Shown here: in pieces, positions 16,109-24,710 of the stretch
Position numbering within the stretch: position 1 is the stretch's first letter
Layout: each line of letters starts with the position of its first letter
Assembly (NCBI GenBank): GCA_021373115.1
Contig: JAJFTI010000036.1
Coordinates: 12,524-76,523, forward strand
DNA length: 64,000 nucleotides
Reading direction: 5' to 3'
Source of the DNA: Eubacteriales bacterium
GTDB taxonomy: Bacteria > Bacillota > Clostridia > Christensenellales > CAG-138
Translations under genes and position numbers: made by a program
Notes under the pieces: generated by a model
Seen by the model: the letters and a program-made list of their open reading frames with translations, nothing else
Told to the model about the DNA's origin: nothing
Databases searched by the model: none

Positions 16109-17812
16109 GTGAAATACTCCGGTAATTCGAAGAACATACAAACAACGTCCCGTCCCGGGCGTACCCTGCTGGCCGTCTTCGTTAGCGCGATCGGCCTGGT
16201 TTTTCTGCTGTCCGCCGGCTGCGCGGCGCAAGCGCTGGATCGCACCGCGGACACCATTGTGATCACCAGCCTGAATCAGGCTGAGTCGGAAACATTTGAA
16301 GGATTCGATTCGCTGAAAACGCTGGATTTGCGATCTGTGGAAGCGGACGCCGCGCTGGTGGATCGTCTGAGCACCGCGCTGCCCGGCTGCACAATTCTCT
16401 GGAACGTACCGCTCTGCAACGAGCATTATCCCAGCGAAGCAACCGAACTGACGCTGCCAACGGGCTGTACGGCGGGCGATTTATCCATGCTGCGGTTTTT
16501 CCCCGCGCTGACGCGTGTGGACGCGACGCAGTGCAGCGTGAACGAAACGTTTGCCAAAGCGGCGGCGGCGTTTCCCGGCGTCGCTTTCGTGTGGAATGTG
16601 TCTCTCGGCGGCGTAACGGTGCAGAGCAGCGATACGTCGCTTAAACTCACAAACAATTACGCACTCACGCCGGAGCAGCTCGGCATGTTCCTGTTCGGGC
16701 TGCCCGCGCTAAAGCAGATCGACCTGAACGATACGGGCTGGACGGCGGAACAGATTGCTTCGCTCCAGAGCGCATATCCGGAAAAAACGTTTCTTTCCAG
16801 CGTAACCGTTTTTGGCGAGTCCTTCCCGTCATCGGTGGAATCGCTCGACCTTTCCGCGACGCAGGACGTTGATATAAACGCTCTGACGGAGCTTCTCCCA
16901 TCCTTTCCCGCGCTGAAGCAGGTGAACCTTCTGGGGCATGCCGTTACGTTCGAACAGATGGACGCGCTGCGGGCGGCGTTTCCGGATATCGCGTTCTCCT
17001 TCTCCTTCGAGCTCTTCGGCCAGCAGGTCACAACGGATACGACGCTGCTTGCGCTGAACGGGTATCCGCTGGCCTCGCCGGAGGAAGTAATCGAGCAGCT
17101 GAACTACCTGCCGAAACTTACCGAAGCGCATTTCTTTGACTGCGGGCTGACAAACGAACAGATGGAGCAGCTTGTGGCGGCGGTTCCATCCGTAAAATTC
17201 GTCTGGATGATTCAGGTTGGCGCATGGGAAATGCGAACCGATATTACGGCGTTTTCCAAAGGGAACCGGAAGATATTTCCAAACAACATGGGCCGGTTTG
17301 TGGATGAAGCAGAAGCGAACCTGCACAACGAGGATATCGAACCGCTGAAATATTGCACCGATCTTGTTTACCTTGATCTTGGACACGGCAATCGAATCTC
17401 CGATCTATCCGTGCTGACGGGGCTGAAAAATCTTCGGGTGCTCATCGTATCCATGAATAAAATCGAGGATATTTCCCCGCTGGCGGAGCTGAAGAATCTG
17501 GAATGCCTTGAGATTTACCAAAACCCCATTACGGATATCTCCCCCGTCGCTTCGCTGCCCAAGCTGCGGTTTCTCAATTGCAGCGCAACGCTGTTTACGG
17601 ATATCACGCCGCTTTTGGGCATGACGAATCTGAAAATGCTGTGGTTTGTGAGCGTAAAGAATGTCAGCAAGGAACAGCGCGCGCAGCTGGTGGAAGCGCT
17701 GCCGGACTGTAGCATCTGCTTCAAGGCGAGCAGTTCCGGGGAAGGCGGCTGGACGGGGAACGATCTGTATATCGAGTACCAAACCGCTTTCGGCCTGCCC
17801 TATAATCAATAG
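16109..17812 (+). CDS. Secreted or lipid-anchored leucine-rich-repeat (internalin-like) protein
   Basis: ORF 15950..17812 overlaps the UbiA gene, so the start was re-picked at in-frame GTG 16109 (AAGGTGA 8 nt upstream; GTG 16097 is an alternative). Signal sequence LLAVFVSAIGLVFLLSAGC. C-terminal 22-residue LRRs read LKNLRVLIVSMNKIEDISPLAELKNLECLEIYQNPITDISPVASLPKLRFL. Confidence 0.7.
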   Translation: MKYSGNSKNIQTTSRPGRTLLAVFVSAIGLVFLLSAGCAAQALDRTADTIVITSLNQAESETFEGFDSLKTLDLRSVEADAALVDRLSTALPGCTILWNVPLCNEHYPSEATELTLPTGCTAGDLSMLRFFPALTRVDATQCSVNETFAKAAAAFPGVAFVWNVSLGGVTVQSSDTSLKLTNNYALTPEQLGMFLFGLPALKQIDLNDTGWTAEQIASLQSAYPEKTFLSSVTVFGESFPSSVESLDLSATQDVDINALTELLPSFPALKQVNLLGHAVTFEQMDALRAAFPDIAFSFSFELFGQQVTTDTTLLALNGYPLASPEEVIEQLNYLPKLTEAHFFDCGLTNEQMEQLVAAVPSVKFVWMIQVGAWEMRTDITAFSKGNRKIFPNNMGRFVDEAEANLHNEDIEPLKYCTDLVYLDLGHGNRISDLSVLTGLKNLRVLIVSMNKIEDISPLAELKNLECLEIYQNPITDISPVASLPKLRFLNCSATLFTDITPLLGMTNLKMLWFVSVKNVSKEQRAQLVEALPDCSICFKASSSGEGGWTGNDLYIEYQTAFGLPYNQ

Positions 17813-17827
17813 AAAACCAAATCTTCC

Positions 17828-17875
17828 AAAAACAACACTGCGCATCTCCAAAGCCGAGATGCGCAGTTGTTTTTT
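17828..17875. terminator. Bidirectional intrinsic terminator between the LRR gene (+) and aor (-)
   Basis: A-run, stem aacaacactgcgcatctc / gagatgcgcagttgtt (one bulge), then T-run. Confidence 0.6.
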
Positions 17876-19676
17876 ACGATGCAGGCTCTTCCGCCGAATC
17901 TTTTTTCGATCCCGAATCCTCCGGGCCGTCATACTTTTTCATCAGCGCGTTGGTCATCGCATTGAACTTTCGCTGCGCCTCGTAAGCGGTTGTTTCGTCC
18001 AGAAGTCCGTGCAGACTGGGCGTTTCGAAAAAGCGTTTCGGAAACTCCACCTTCTCCTGCTCAAATCCCATTGCCCGCTTGACGCGGATCTTCGTAGCGT
18101 AGATCTTTTCTGCCACGCGCGTGAGATCGTCGCTGGAGAACGTGTATCCAACGGAGTTCAGCGCCATTAGAATCGTCTCTCGGTCGTAGACCTTTCTGGC
18201 AAACAGGCACATCACAAGCGAATTCAGCATGCAGCGGTCGATCTCTTCCTGAAACAGCTTGCCGACCAGCAGATCGATATCCAGCGTCTTCATTCCTTGA
18301 TCAATCGAGTATCCGCCGTTGCAAAGGTGCGAATGTCTCGCCCCGCAGGACATGCCAATCAACGCGCCATAACCCGTATGATATCCCGCCATTTCATTGC
18401 CGGCAATCTGCATCGCAAAGTCCTTGCCGCCGTATATACTCGCGGCATGGGCGGCGCCCTTTCCCAGGGCGATGTAAAAATCGTTCTCCTGGTATGCGAT
18501 ATAGCGCAAAGCCTTAATGTAGTTTTCCTTATCGCCGAATTTTAGCGGAATGACCGTTTCCTTTTCGCTGATCAGCCCTTTTTGCAGCGCTTCCGTCGCC
18601 CAGCCGAGCACAACTCCGGCGGACATCGCGTCCATGCCGAGCTCCTCGACCTCGTCGATCAGTTCCAGAATCTCGTCGGTCGTCTTAATGCCAAGATAAC
18701 TGCCGAGCGCGAAGATCAGTTCATAATCGTAGCTCACGCTGATCGACTCATACTCGTGCCCAGCCTTGTCGAACTCACGGCGAAACTGGCCGATATGGAT
18801 GCAACCGACCGGGCAGCCAACGCAAGCCATCTTGCGGACTAAATTGCACTCCGCAAACTGTTCGCCGCTGATCTTGTCGCCATGTTCGAATACGGCCTGT
18901 TTGAGGTTCTTCGTCGGCAGAACGCCGAGCGCGTTCAGCGGTTCAATATTGATGGAAGTGCCGAGGTCGTGATACTTCTGCATCAGCTCGGTGTCCGTAC
19001 ACTTTTTATAGATTTCACGGTATGCTTTCCAGTAGGACGGAAAATCCTTGATCGGAATCGACGTCGTGCCATAAACCTGCATCGCCTTGATGTTTTTCGA
19101 CCCCAGCACCGCGCCAAGCCCGAGTCGGCCGAAATGACGATAGGTGTCCACGCAAACGCTCGAGTAGGAAACGCCGTTCTCGCCCGCCGGACCGATGCGG
19201 ATGATGCTCCGTTTGCCGGGCCCCGGCTCCCGCTCGCGGATAATGCGTCCGATCACCGTGCTGGGCAGCCCCCAAAGGGCGCGCGCATCCCGAAACGACA
19301 CGTTGTCCGAACGGACCGAAATATAGGTCGGCTTCTTCGATTTGCCGGTCAGTACGATCGCGTCGTATCCGGCGTCCATCATGGCGAAAGCGAGCCTGCC
19401 TCCGGCGTAGCTTTCTCCCAGCTCGCCCGTATGCGGCGAACGGAACACAGCGACGGTTTTCGTCATAACCGGGAAAATCGAAGTAATCGCGCCAACCGCG
19501 AAGACCACAGGCTGACTTTCATGCAACGGTGGAAGCTGCGGATGAACGTTTTCCTCGAACAGCTTGATCGCGATTCCGATTCCGCCGAGATACTCGTTGA
19601 GATCCGGCCTCTTTTCAATTCGAAGTTTTTCGGTATTTAAATCGATAAACAAAACGCGTTTGTCTTCATGAAACAT
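17874..19676 (-). CDS. aor: Aldehyde:ferredoxin oxidoreductase family (tungsto/molybdopterin) enzyme
   Basis: 600 aa. The N-terminal AOR_N pattern is MFHEDKRVLFIDLNTEKLRIEKRPDLNEYLGGIGIAIKLF. A Cys-containing 4Fe-4S segment reads KMACVGCPVGCIH. Confidence 0.9.
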   Translation of the reverse strand: MFHEDKRVLFIDLNTEKLRIEKRPDLNEYLGGIGIAIKLFEENVHPQLPPLHESQPVVFAVGAITSIFPVMTKTVAVFRSPHTGELGESYAGGRLAFAMMDAGYDAIVLTGKSKKPTYISVRSDNVSFRDARALWGLPSTVIGRIIREREPGPGKRSIIRIGPAGENGVSYSSVCVDTYRHFGRLGLGAVLGSKNIKAMQVYGTTSIPIKDFPSYWKAYREIYKKCTDTELMQKYHDLGTSINIEPLNALGVLPTKNLKQAVFEHGDKISGEQFAECNLVRKMACVGCPVGCIHIGQFRREFDKAGHEYESISVSYDYELIFALGSYLGIKTTDEILELIDEVEELGMDAMSAGVVLGWATEALQKGLISEKETVIPLKFGDKENYIKALRYIAYQENDFYIALGKGAAHAASIYGGKDFAMQIAGNEMAGYHTGYGALIGMSCGARHSHLCNGGYSIDQGMKTLDIDLLVGKLFQEEIDRCMLNSLVMCLFARKVYDRETILMALNSVGYTFSSDDLTRVAEKIYATKIRVKRAMGFEQEKVEFPKRFFETPSLHGLLDETTAYEAQRKFNAMTNALMKKYDGPEDSGSKKDSAEEPAS

Positions 19677-19679
19677 GGC

Positions 19680-20087
19680 TCAGACCTCCTCCATTGTCAA
19701 GCACTCGTGCGGGCAGAACTGGGCACAGATTCCGCAATGTTTGCAGACAATCGGCACCTTCAAATCCTCGTCGAAGTTTACGGCTCCAACGATGCAAGCG
19801 TCGATGCACTTGCGGCAGCCGATGCACTTCTCCTGCTCCAGAATCACGCCGCCGCCTTTACGAGGTTTTAAAGCGCCTGTCGGACAGGCTTCCGCACAGG
19901 CGCGCTCGTCCGTGCAGCCAAGGCAGACAATTCCTACGAAACTGCTCGTCAGTCCGCCGGTGGTGCGAACGCGAATCGCACTCTTAAATGTCGTATGTTC
20001 CTTTTTATTGACCGCGGCGCATGAAAGCATGCAGGTAAAACAACCGATGCATTTGTTCATGCCGTTTGCTCGCAATATCTTTGCCAT
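19680..20087 (-). CDS. 4Fe-4S dicluster electron-transfer protein (AOR partner)
   Basis: Multiple CxxCxxCxxxC motifs (CIGCFTCMLSC, CLGCTDERACAEAC, CIGCRKCIDAC, CKHCGICAQFC). Its stop lies 3 nt before the aor ATG. Confidence 0.85.
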   Translation of the reverse strand: MAKILRANGMNKCIGCFTCMLSCAAVNKKEHTTFKSAIRVRTTGGLTSSFVGIVCLGCTDERACAEACPTGALKPRKGGGVILEQEKCIGCRKCIDACIVGAVNFDEDLKVPIVCKHCGICAQFCPHECLTMEEV

Positions 20088-20135
20088 ATATCCTCCTCGC
20101 CTGAATGCCGTTTAATCAATTACCAATTATCGATT

Positions 20136-20163
20136 AGTATACACGTAGATCTTCCTTTGTCAA
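20136..20163 (-). promoter_or_regulatory. Candidate promoter TTGACA-16-TATACT for the FeS-aor pair
   Basis: Hand-read on the minus strand in the 145-nt gap upstream of the FeS gene. Confidence 0.4.
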
Positions 20164-20232
20164 CCGTTCGCCTTCGCCGTCTCATGAACCTCTATGCCTG
20201 TTTCACACGTCCAATCTGTATTCGCCTGCTCC

Positions 20233-20499
20233 TCAGCCGCCGAGTATCGGACCAATCACGCTGATCTGCTGCCCTTCCGTAAGCGGTTCGTCCGGAAGCA
20301 GCATTCTTCCGTTTGACGCGAAAATTGTTTGATCCCGCAGGCTGTTTTGCTCGTCCTCCGTGCCGGTCCCCGTTTCCTTCCAGTTCTCTTGGATCGCATT
20401 CAGCAGCCCTTCCATGGTGGAGCGGTCCGGCAGGGAAAACGGAGTAATCCGATTTGATTTCTGGCTGGAAAACGCCACAAACCGTAAGAATACAATCAT
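20233..20499 (-). CDS. MoaD/ThiS-family ubiquitin-like sulfur-carrier protein (88 aa)
   Basis: ORF 20233..20766 trimmed to MIVFLRF (ATG 20499, GAGGCGGGAA upstream). C-terminus ...GQQISVIGPILGG ends in the diagnostic Gly-Gly. Confidence 0.6.
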   Translation of the reverse strand: MIVFLRFVAFSSQKSNRITPFSLPDRSTMEGLLNAIQENWKETGTGTEDEQNSLRDQTIFASNGRMLLPDEPLTEGQQISVIGPILGG

Positions 20500-20666
20500 G
20501 TCTGTTCCCGCCTCGTCAATGAAATAGAAATCTCGCAGCCTTAATAAAACTGCACGGTTCATACAATTCATTCTACCATATCCGCCGCGGCGATTCCATC
20601 CGTCGCGCTCATGTTCCACCAGCCGCACGCCCATCCGGAATCGCCTATACGCCGGAGAACTCTGCC

Positions 20667-20706
20667 ATATAAAGACAAACGGAACCACCTGTTTGCGGTT
20701 CCGTTT
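20667..20706 (-). terminator. Intrinsic terminator after the CoADR-rhodanese gene
   Basis: Minus strand reads AAACGGAACC-gcaaacag-GGTTCCGTTT, followed by GTCTTTAT. Confidence 0.5.
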
Positions 20707-20817
20707 GAGGATTTCGCCGGCTCGGCAGCGGCGGATGTTCGATTCTTTCGTTTTTCTCTTTTCCAAACAGAAATGGTTCTTTCAAACCCGTTGGAATGGA
20801 TTACCCAATTCGGTTTT

Positions 20818-22461
20818 TCAATGTTTTTTTCGCACCGCGGAATACTGCTTCATTCCGCCGGAAAGATTATAAACGCGCTTGAACCCATTGTTGATCAGAA
20901 TATTCTGCGCGGCGTTTCCGGTCGTGCCTTTATTGCAATAGGTCACGACGATCGCATCCTTATTCAGCGAGGCCACGGAACCACGCAGATCCGAATGGGG
21001 AATGTTCCGCGCGCCTTCCACGTGCGACTGTTCAAATTGCGCCACGGTACGCGCGTCGATTACCGTAACCGGTTCGCCTGCTCTCTGCAGCGCAATCAGC
21101 TCATCCGCCGCCATCAGCGGCCGGCCGCCGTGAAGCGCATTTTCGAGGATCATCCCCGTATAGATCACGGGGTCCTTCGTCGTGGAAAACGGCGGCGCGT
21201 ACGCAAGATCCAGGTAAAACAAATCCTCCGCCTTTGCGCCGTAGGTAATCGCGGTGGCAAACACGTCGATGCGCTTATCCACGCCTTCATGCCCAACGAT
21301 TTGTGCGCCGAGCACACGCCCGTTAGCACGATCCGCAATCGCCTTTATCGTCATTTCCCGGCCGCCGAAATATTCCGGCTTATCAGGTTTTGTGTTATGA
21401 CAAACGACAACATCGTACCCCGCTTCGCGCGCTTCCCGCTCGGAAAGGCCCGTCTGCGCGACGCTAAGACCCAGTACGCGAAAAATGCCCGTGCCGAGCG
21501 TCCCGCGATAGCGCAGCGCCCCGCCTGTGGCGCAGTCCCCCGCGATGCGTCCCGTTTTATTCGCCGTGGAACCCAGCGGACGGTAAACCTGCTTTCCAGT
21601 TACCACATGGAACTGCTCTATACAGTCCCCGCAGGCGGAGATATCGGGCAGGTTGGTCTCCATCCGGTCGTTGACCAGGATTGCGCCGGACGCGCCAAGC
21701 TGAACCCCGGCCTCTGCGGCGAGTTCGGCATTCGGGCGTACGCCGGTGGAAAGCAGCACCAGCTCCGCTGAAATGCTTGTTCCATCCGCAAGCAAAACCT
21801 CATGCCCGGCAATTCGGTCAATTGAAACGCCGGTGAGCACCGTGATTCCGCTCTTTTTCAAATGATCCTCTACCAGAACCGCCATGTCCGGGTCCAGCCC
21901 CGGCGTGACCTGCGGCAGTTTTTCGAGCAGCGTCACCGTTACGCCGAGACGGCTCAGGCTCTCGCACATCTCCAGCCCGATGAACCCCGTACCAATAATA
22001 ACCGCCGATTTCGGCTTGCTCTCATCGAGAAACGACCGGATGCGAAGCATGTCGTTGATGTTCCGCAGGGTAAATACATGCTCGAGTTCCCGCCCGGGAA
22101 TCGGCGGCGTTACCGCGCGCGCTCCCGTAGCAAAGATGAGCTTGTCATACACATCCGTAAAAAATTCTCCCGTGCGCAGATTTTTCACCGAAAGACTCTT
22201 CGTTCCCGGCGAAACGGCAAGCACCTCGTGCTCCGTTTTGATCTCGACGTTATACTTGCTGCGGAAGAATTCGGGGTCGCGCGGGGTCAGTTCCTCGGCA
22301 TGTTCCACTTCGCCGCCGAGGAAGTACGGCATGCCGCAGCCGGAGTAGGAGATAAAACGATCCTGCTCATAGACCGTGATCTGTGCGTCCTCACTGTTTC
22401 GCCGCGCTTTTGCCGCGGCGGAAGTGCCCGCCGCAACCGCGCCGATGATGACAATTTTCAT
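20818..22461 (-). CDS. CoA-disulfide/persulfide reductase-type FAD oxidoreductase with a C-terminal rhodanese domain (CoADR-RHD)
   Basis: GxGxxG segment MKIVIIGAVAAGTSAAAK. Redox Cys in SYSGCGMPYF. C-terminal rhodanese segment VTVIDARTVAQFEQSHVEGARNIP...VVTYCNKGTTGNAAQ. Confidence 0.85.
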   Translation of the reverse strand: MKIVIIGAVAAGTSAAAKARRNSEDAQITVYEQDRFISYSGCGMPYFLGGEVEHAEELTPRDPEFFRSKYNVEIKTEHEVLAVSPGTKSLSVKNLRTGEFFTDVYDKLIFATGARAVTPPIPGRELEHVFTLRNINDMLRIRSFLDESKPKSAVIIGTGFIGLEMCESLSRLGVTVTLLEKLPQVTPGLDPDMAVLVEDHLKKSGITVLTGVSIDRIAGHEVLLADGTSISAELVLLSTGVRPNAELAAEAGVQLGASGAILVNDRMETNLPDISACGDCIEQFHVVTGKQVYRPLGSTANKTGRIAGDCATGGALRYRGTLGTGIFRVLGLSVAQTGLSEREAREAGYDVVVCHNTKPDKPEYFGGREMTIKAIADRANGRVLGAQIVGHEGVDKRIDVFATAITYGAKAEDLFYLDLAYAPPFSTTKDPVIYTGMILENALHGGRPLMAADELIALQRAGEPVTVIDARTVAQFEQSHVEGARNIPHSDLRGSVASLNKDAIVVTYCNKGTTGNAAQNILINNGFKRVYNLSGGMKQYSAVRKKH

Positions 22462-22507
22462 AATCCGCGCCTCTCTTTCCCCGCAATATCTATTTTTCTA
22501 TTTTACT

Positions 22508-23569
22508 CTATTTCTTCGGTTCAGGGAACCAGTGCGTCGTCCGGTTTGCGATCCGAACGAGAATCAGCATCACCGGCACCTCCGTCAGCACGCCGACAAT
22601 CGTCGCCAGAGCGGCGGGCGAGGACGTGCCAAACAGGGAAATCGCGACCGCGACCGAAAGCTCAAAGAAATTCGACGCGCCGATCATGCCCGCGGGCGCA
22701 GCGATATCGTGCGGCAGTTTGAGCAATTTGCTCGCGCCATACGCAATAAAGAAGATCAGGAACGTCTGAATCACGAGCGGAACCGCGATCAGCACGATAT
22801 GCAGCGGGTTTTCGAGAATCACCTTACCCTGGAATGAAAAGATGATCACGAGCGTGAGCAGCAGCCCAACGATGGTGACATTGCTGAATTTTGGCAGAAA
22901 TCTCTTTTCGAAGTACTCCATCCCCCGTTTCTTGATCACGGAGTTGCGCGTGAGCATTCCGCCGACCAGCGGAATTACGACGAACAGCCCTACGGAGAGC
23001 AGCAGCGTATCCCAGGGAATCTTCACGCCGCCAATGCCGAGCAGCAGCGCGACGATCGGCGTGAACGCAACAAGAATGATGAGGTCATTCGTCGCAACCT
23101 GCACTACGGTGTAAGCCGCGTTTCCTTTGGTCAGGTGACTCCAGACGAAGACCATCGCCGTGCAGGGCGCGGCGCCCAGCAAAATCGCCCCGGCGAGATA
23201 GTCCTTTGCAAGATCGGCGGGGATCAGCGTTTTAAAGATGACGAAGAAAAACAGCCATGCGATGCCGAACATCGTAAACGGCTTGATCAGCCAGTTGGTC
23301 ACCCAGGTGACAAACAGGCCCTTCGGGTTTTTCCCGACGTTTTTAATGCTCTGGAAATCCACCTTGAGCATCATGGGATAGATCATCAGCCAAATGAGGA
23401 TCGCAATCGGAATCGATACGTTGGCGTATTCAAACTTGCCCAGAAACGCCGGAATGCCGGGCAGGAACCGCCCGATCAGCACACCCGCAACCATGCAGAG
23501 TATCACCCAGAGCGTCAGGTATTTTTCAAAGAAGCCAATCCCGGAACTTTTTTTCTCTTCCATAATCAT
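22508..23569 (-). CDS. acr3: ACR3-family arsenite efflux transporter
   Basis: Segments FFEKYLTLWVILCMVAGVLIGRF...IAILIWLMIYPMMLKVDF...GAAPCTAMVFVW are the typical ACR3 pattern. 10 TM spans. Confidence 0.9.
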   Translation of the reverse strand: MIMEEKKSSGIGFFEKYLTLWVILCMVAGVLIGRFLPGIPAFLGKFEYANVSIPIAILIWLMIYPMMLKVDFQSIKNVGKNPKGLFVTWVTNWLIKPFTMFGIAWLFFFVIFKTLIPADLAKDYLAGAILLGAAPCTAMVFVWSHLTKGNAAYTVVQVATNDLIILVAFTPIVALLLGIGGVKIPWDTLLLSVGLFVVIPLVGGMLTRNSVIKKRGMEYFEKRFLPKFSNVTIVGLLLTLVIIFSFQGKVILENPLHIVLIAVPLVIQTFLIFFIAYGASKLLKLPHDIAAPAGMIGASNFFELSVAVAISLFGTSSPAALATIVGVLTEVPVMLILVRIANRTTHWFPEPKK

Positions 23570-23597
23570 CCCTCTTTCCCTTATTGATGCGTTTTGA

Positions 23598-23951
23598 TTA
23601 TCGAATCTTTTTCAGAATCGCGACGACCTCGTCGGTTTTGAGCACCTTGCCATAGGAGACCACCTTGCCGTCCACAACGAGCGCGGGCGTACTCATGACG
23701 CCGTAGGACGCGATCTTTGCAAAATCCGTTACGTGATCAATCGTTGTGTCCATACCAAGTTGAGCAAGCGCTTCCTTCACCGCCGCTTCCAGCGCGTTGC
23801 ATTTTGCGCAGCCGCTGCCGAGTACCTTGACGGACGCCCCTTCCGACTTTGCGCTCTCCGCCTGTTTCATGCTTTCGCAGTCGCAGCCCGCGCCGCAGCA
23901 GCAGGAGGATTTTACCTCTTCTTTTTCTTTTCTTCTTCCAAAAAGTGCCAT
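23598..23951 (-). CDS. Thioredoxin-fold 'redox-active disulfide protein 2'-type protein with a poly-Cys N-terminal extension
   Basis: Core VKVLGSGCAKCNALEAAVKEA...VMSTPALVVDGKVV. N-terminal extension KSSCCCGAGCDCES. Confidence 0.8.
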   Translation of the reverse strand: MALFGRRKEKEEVKSSCCCGAGCDCESMKQAESAKSEGASVKVLGSGCAKCNALEAAVKEALAQLGMDTTIDHVTDFAKIASYGVMSTPALVVDGKVVSYGKVLKTDEVVAILKKIR

Positions 23952-24020
23952 TGCCTTATTTTCCTTTCGAATCGGTTTTCATGGTTATATTTTTTCAGAT
24001 TCCATATTGTTCGTTCAAAA

Positions 24021-24710
24021 TTAAAATCCCAGATAAAACAGATACAGTCCGATCAGCAGGATCGCTGCGCCCAGCACGATTTTCAGCCCGCGGGAGAGCG
24101 CGCCGTAACGTCCGCTTTGCGCGATCCGGCTGACCGCCCCAACCGACGACCCGGCCAAAACCGCCAGCGCGCCGTGACCAACGCCATAGAGCAGCAGCAG
24201 CAGCGCGCCGCGAAACAGGTTCCCGCTTCCCGCGGCGATCGCCAGCAGGGCAACGAGCACGGGCGTTGCGCAGGGGGAGGAAAACAACCCGCCGAGCATT
24301 CCGGTGAGCAGCGCGCCGATATATCCGCGTCGTTTACTCTTTCCGGTCAGGTATGTCGAGGGAATCAGGCGGAGAACCTCCCATGTTTGCAGCGCCATGA
24401 GCACCATCAGCGCGCCGAGCACGAGATACCACCACTTTGCCCCAACGCCGATCAGATACCCGACGCTCGCGGCCGTAACGCCCAGCGCCGTAAACACGAG
24501 CGCCGAGCCGAGCGCAAACACGAGCGACAGCCGAACCGCCTTCCCCGGCGCAACGTCCCTGCCGCCGACATAAGCGATCACGAGCGGAACGCTGGACAGC
24601 GCGCAAGGCGTAACCGACGTCAGAATTCCCGCAAGCAGCGCAAGCACCGGCGCGAGCCAGAGATTTTGACCGATTGCCTGCCCGATTTGTTCCAGCCAGA
24701 GGTCGATCAT
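24021..24710 (-). CDS. ccdA: CcdA/DsbD-family transmembrane thiol-disulfide electron transporter
   Basis: Six TM spans. Conserved Cys in TSVTPCALSSVPLV and GGLFSSPCATPVLV. Confidence 0.85.
   Translation of the reverse strand: MIDLWLEQIGQAIGQNLWLAPVLALLAGILTSVTPCALSSVPLVIAYVGGRDVAPGKAVRLSLVFALGSALVFTALGVTAASVGYLIGVGAKWWYLVLGALMVLMALQTWEVLRLIPSTYLTGKSKRRGYIGALLTGMLGGLFSSPCATPVLVALLAIAAGSGNLFRGALLLLLYGVGHGALAVLAGSSVGAVSRIAQSGRYGALSRGLKIVLGAAILLIGLYLFYLGF

Noticed and set aside
20818-21150. Rhodanese domain of the CoADR protein acting as an Acr2/CDC25-type arsenate reductase, replacing the missing arsC
   Set aside because: Rhodanese-fold arsenate reductases use an HC(X)5R loop. Here the loop is YCNKGTTGN, with no Arg at +6, which resembles the shorter sulfurtransferase-type loop. 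The idea is kept only as a remote possibility.
19680-22461. Calling the FeS protein, AOR and CoADR-RHD a bona fide AorABC-type three-subunit enzyme
   Set aside because: A predicted terminator and two promoters separate the genes. The FAD protein has the CoADR redox Cys plus a rhodanese domain, which is not known to me as an AorC feature. It is downgraded to a hypothesis in the findings.
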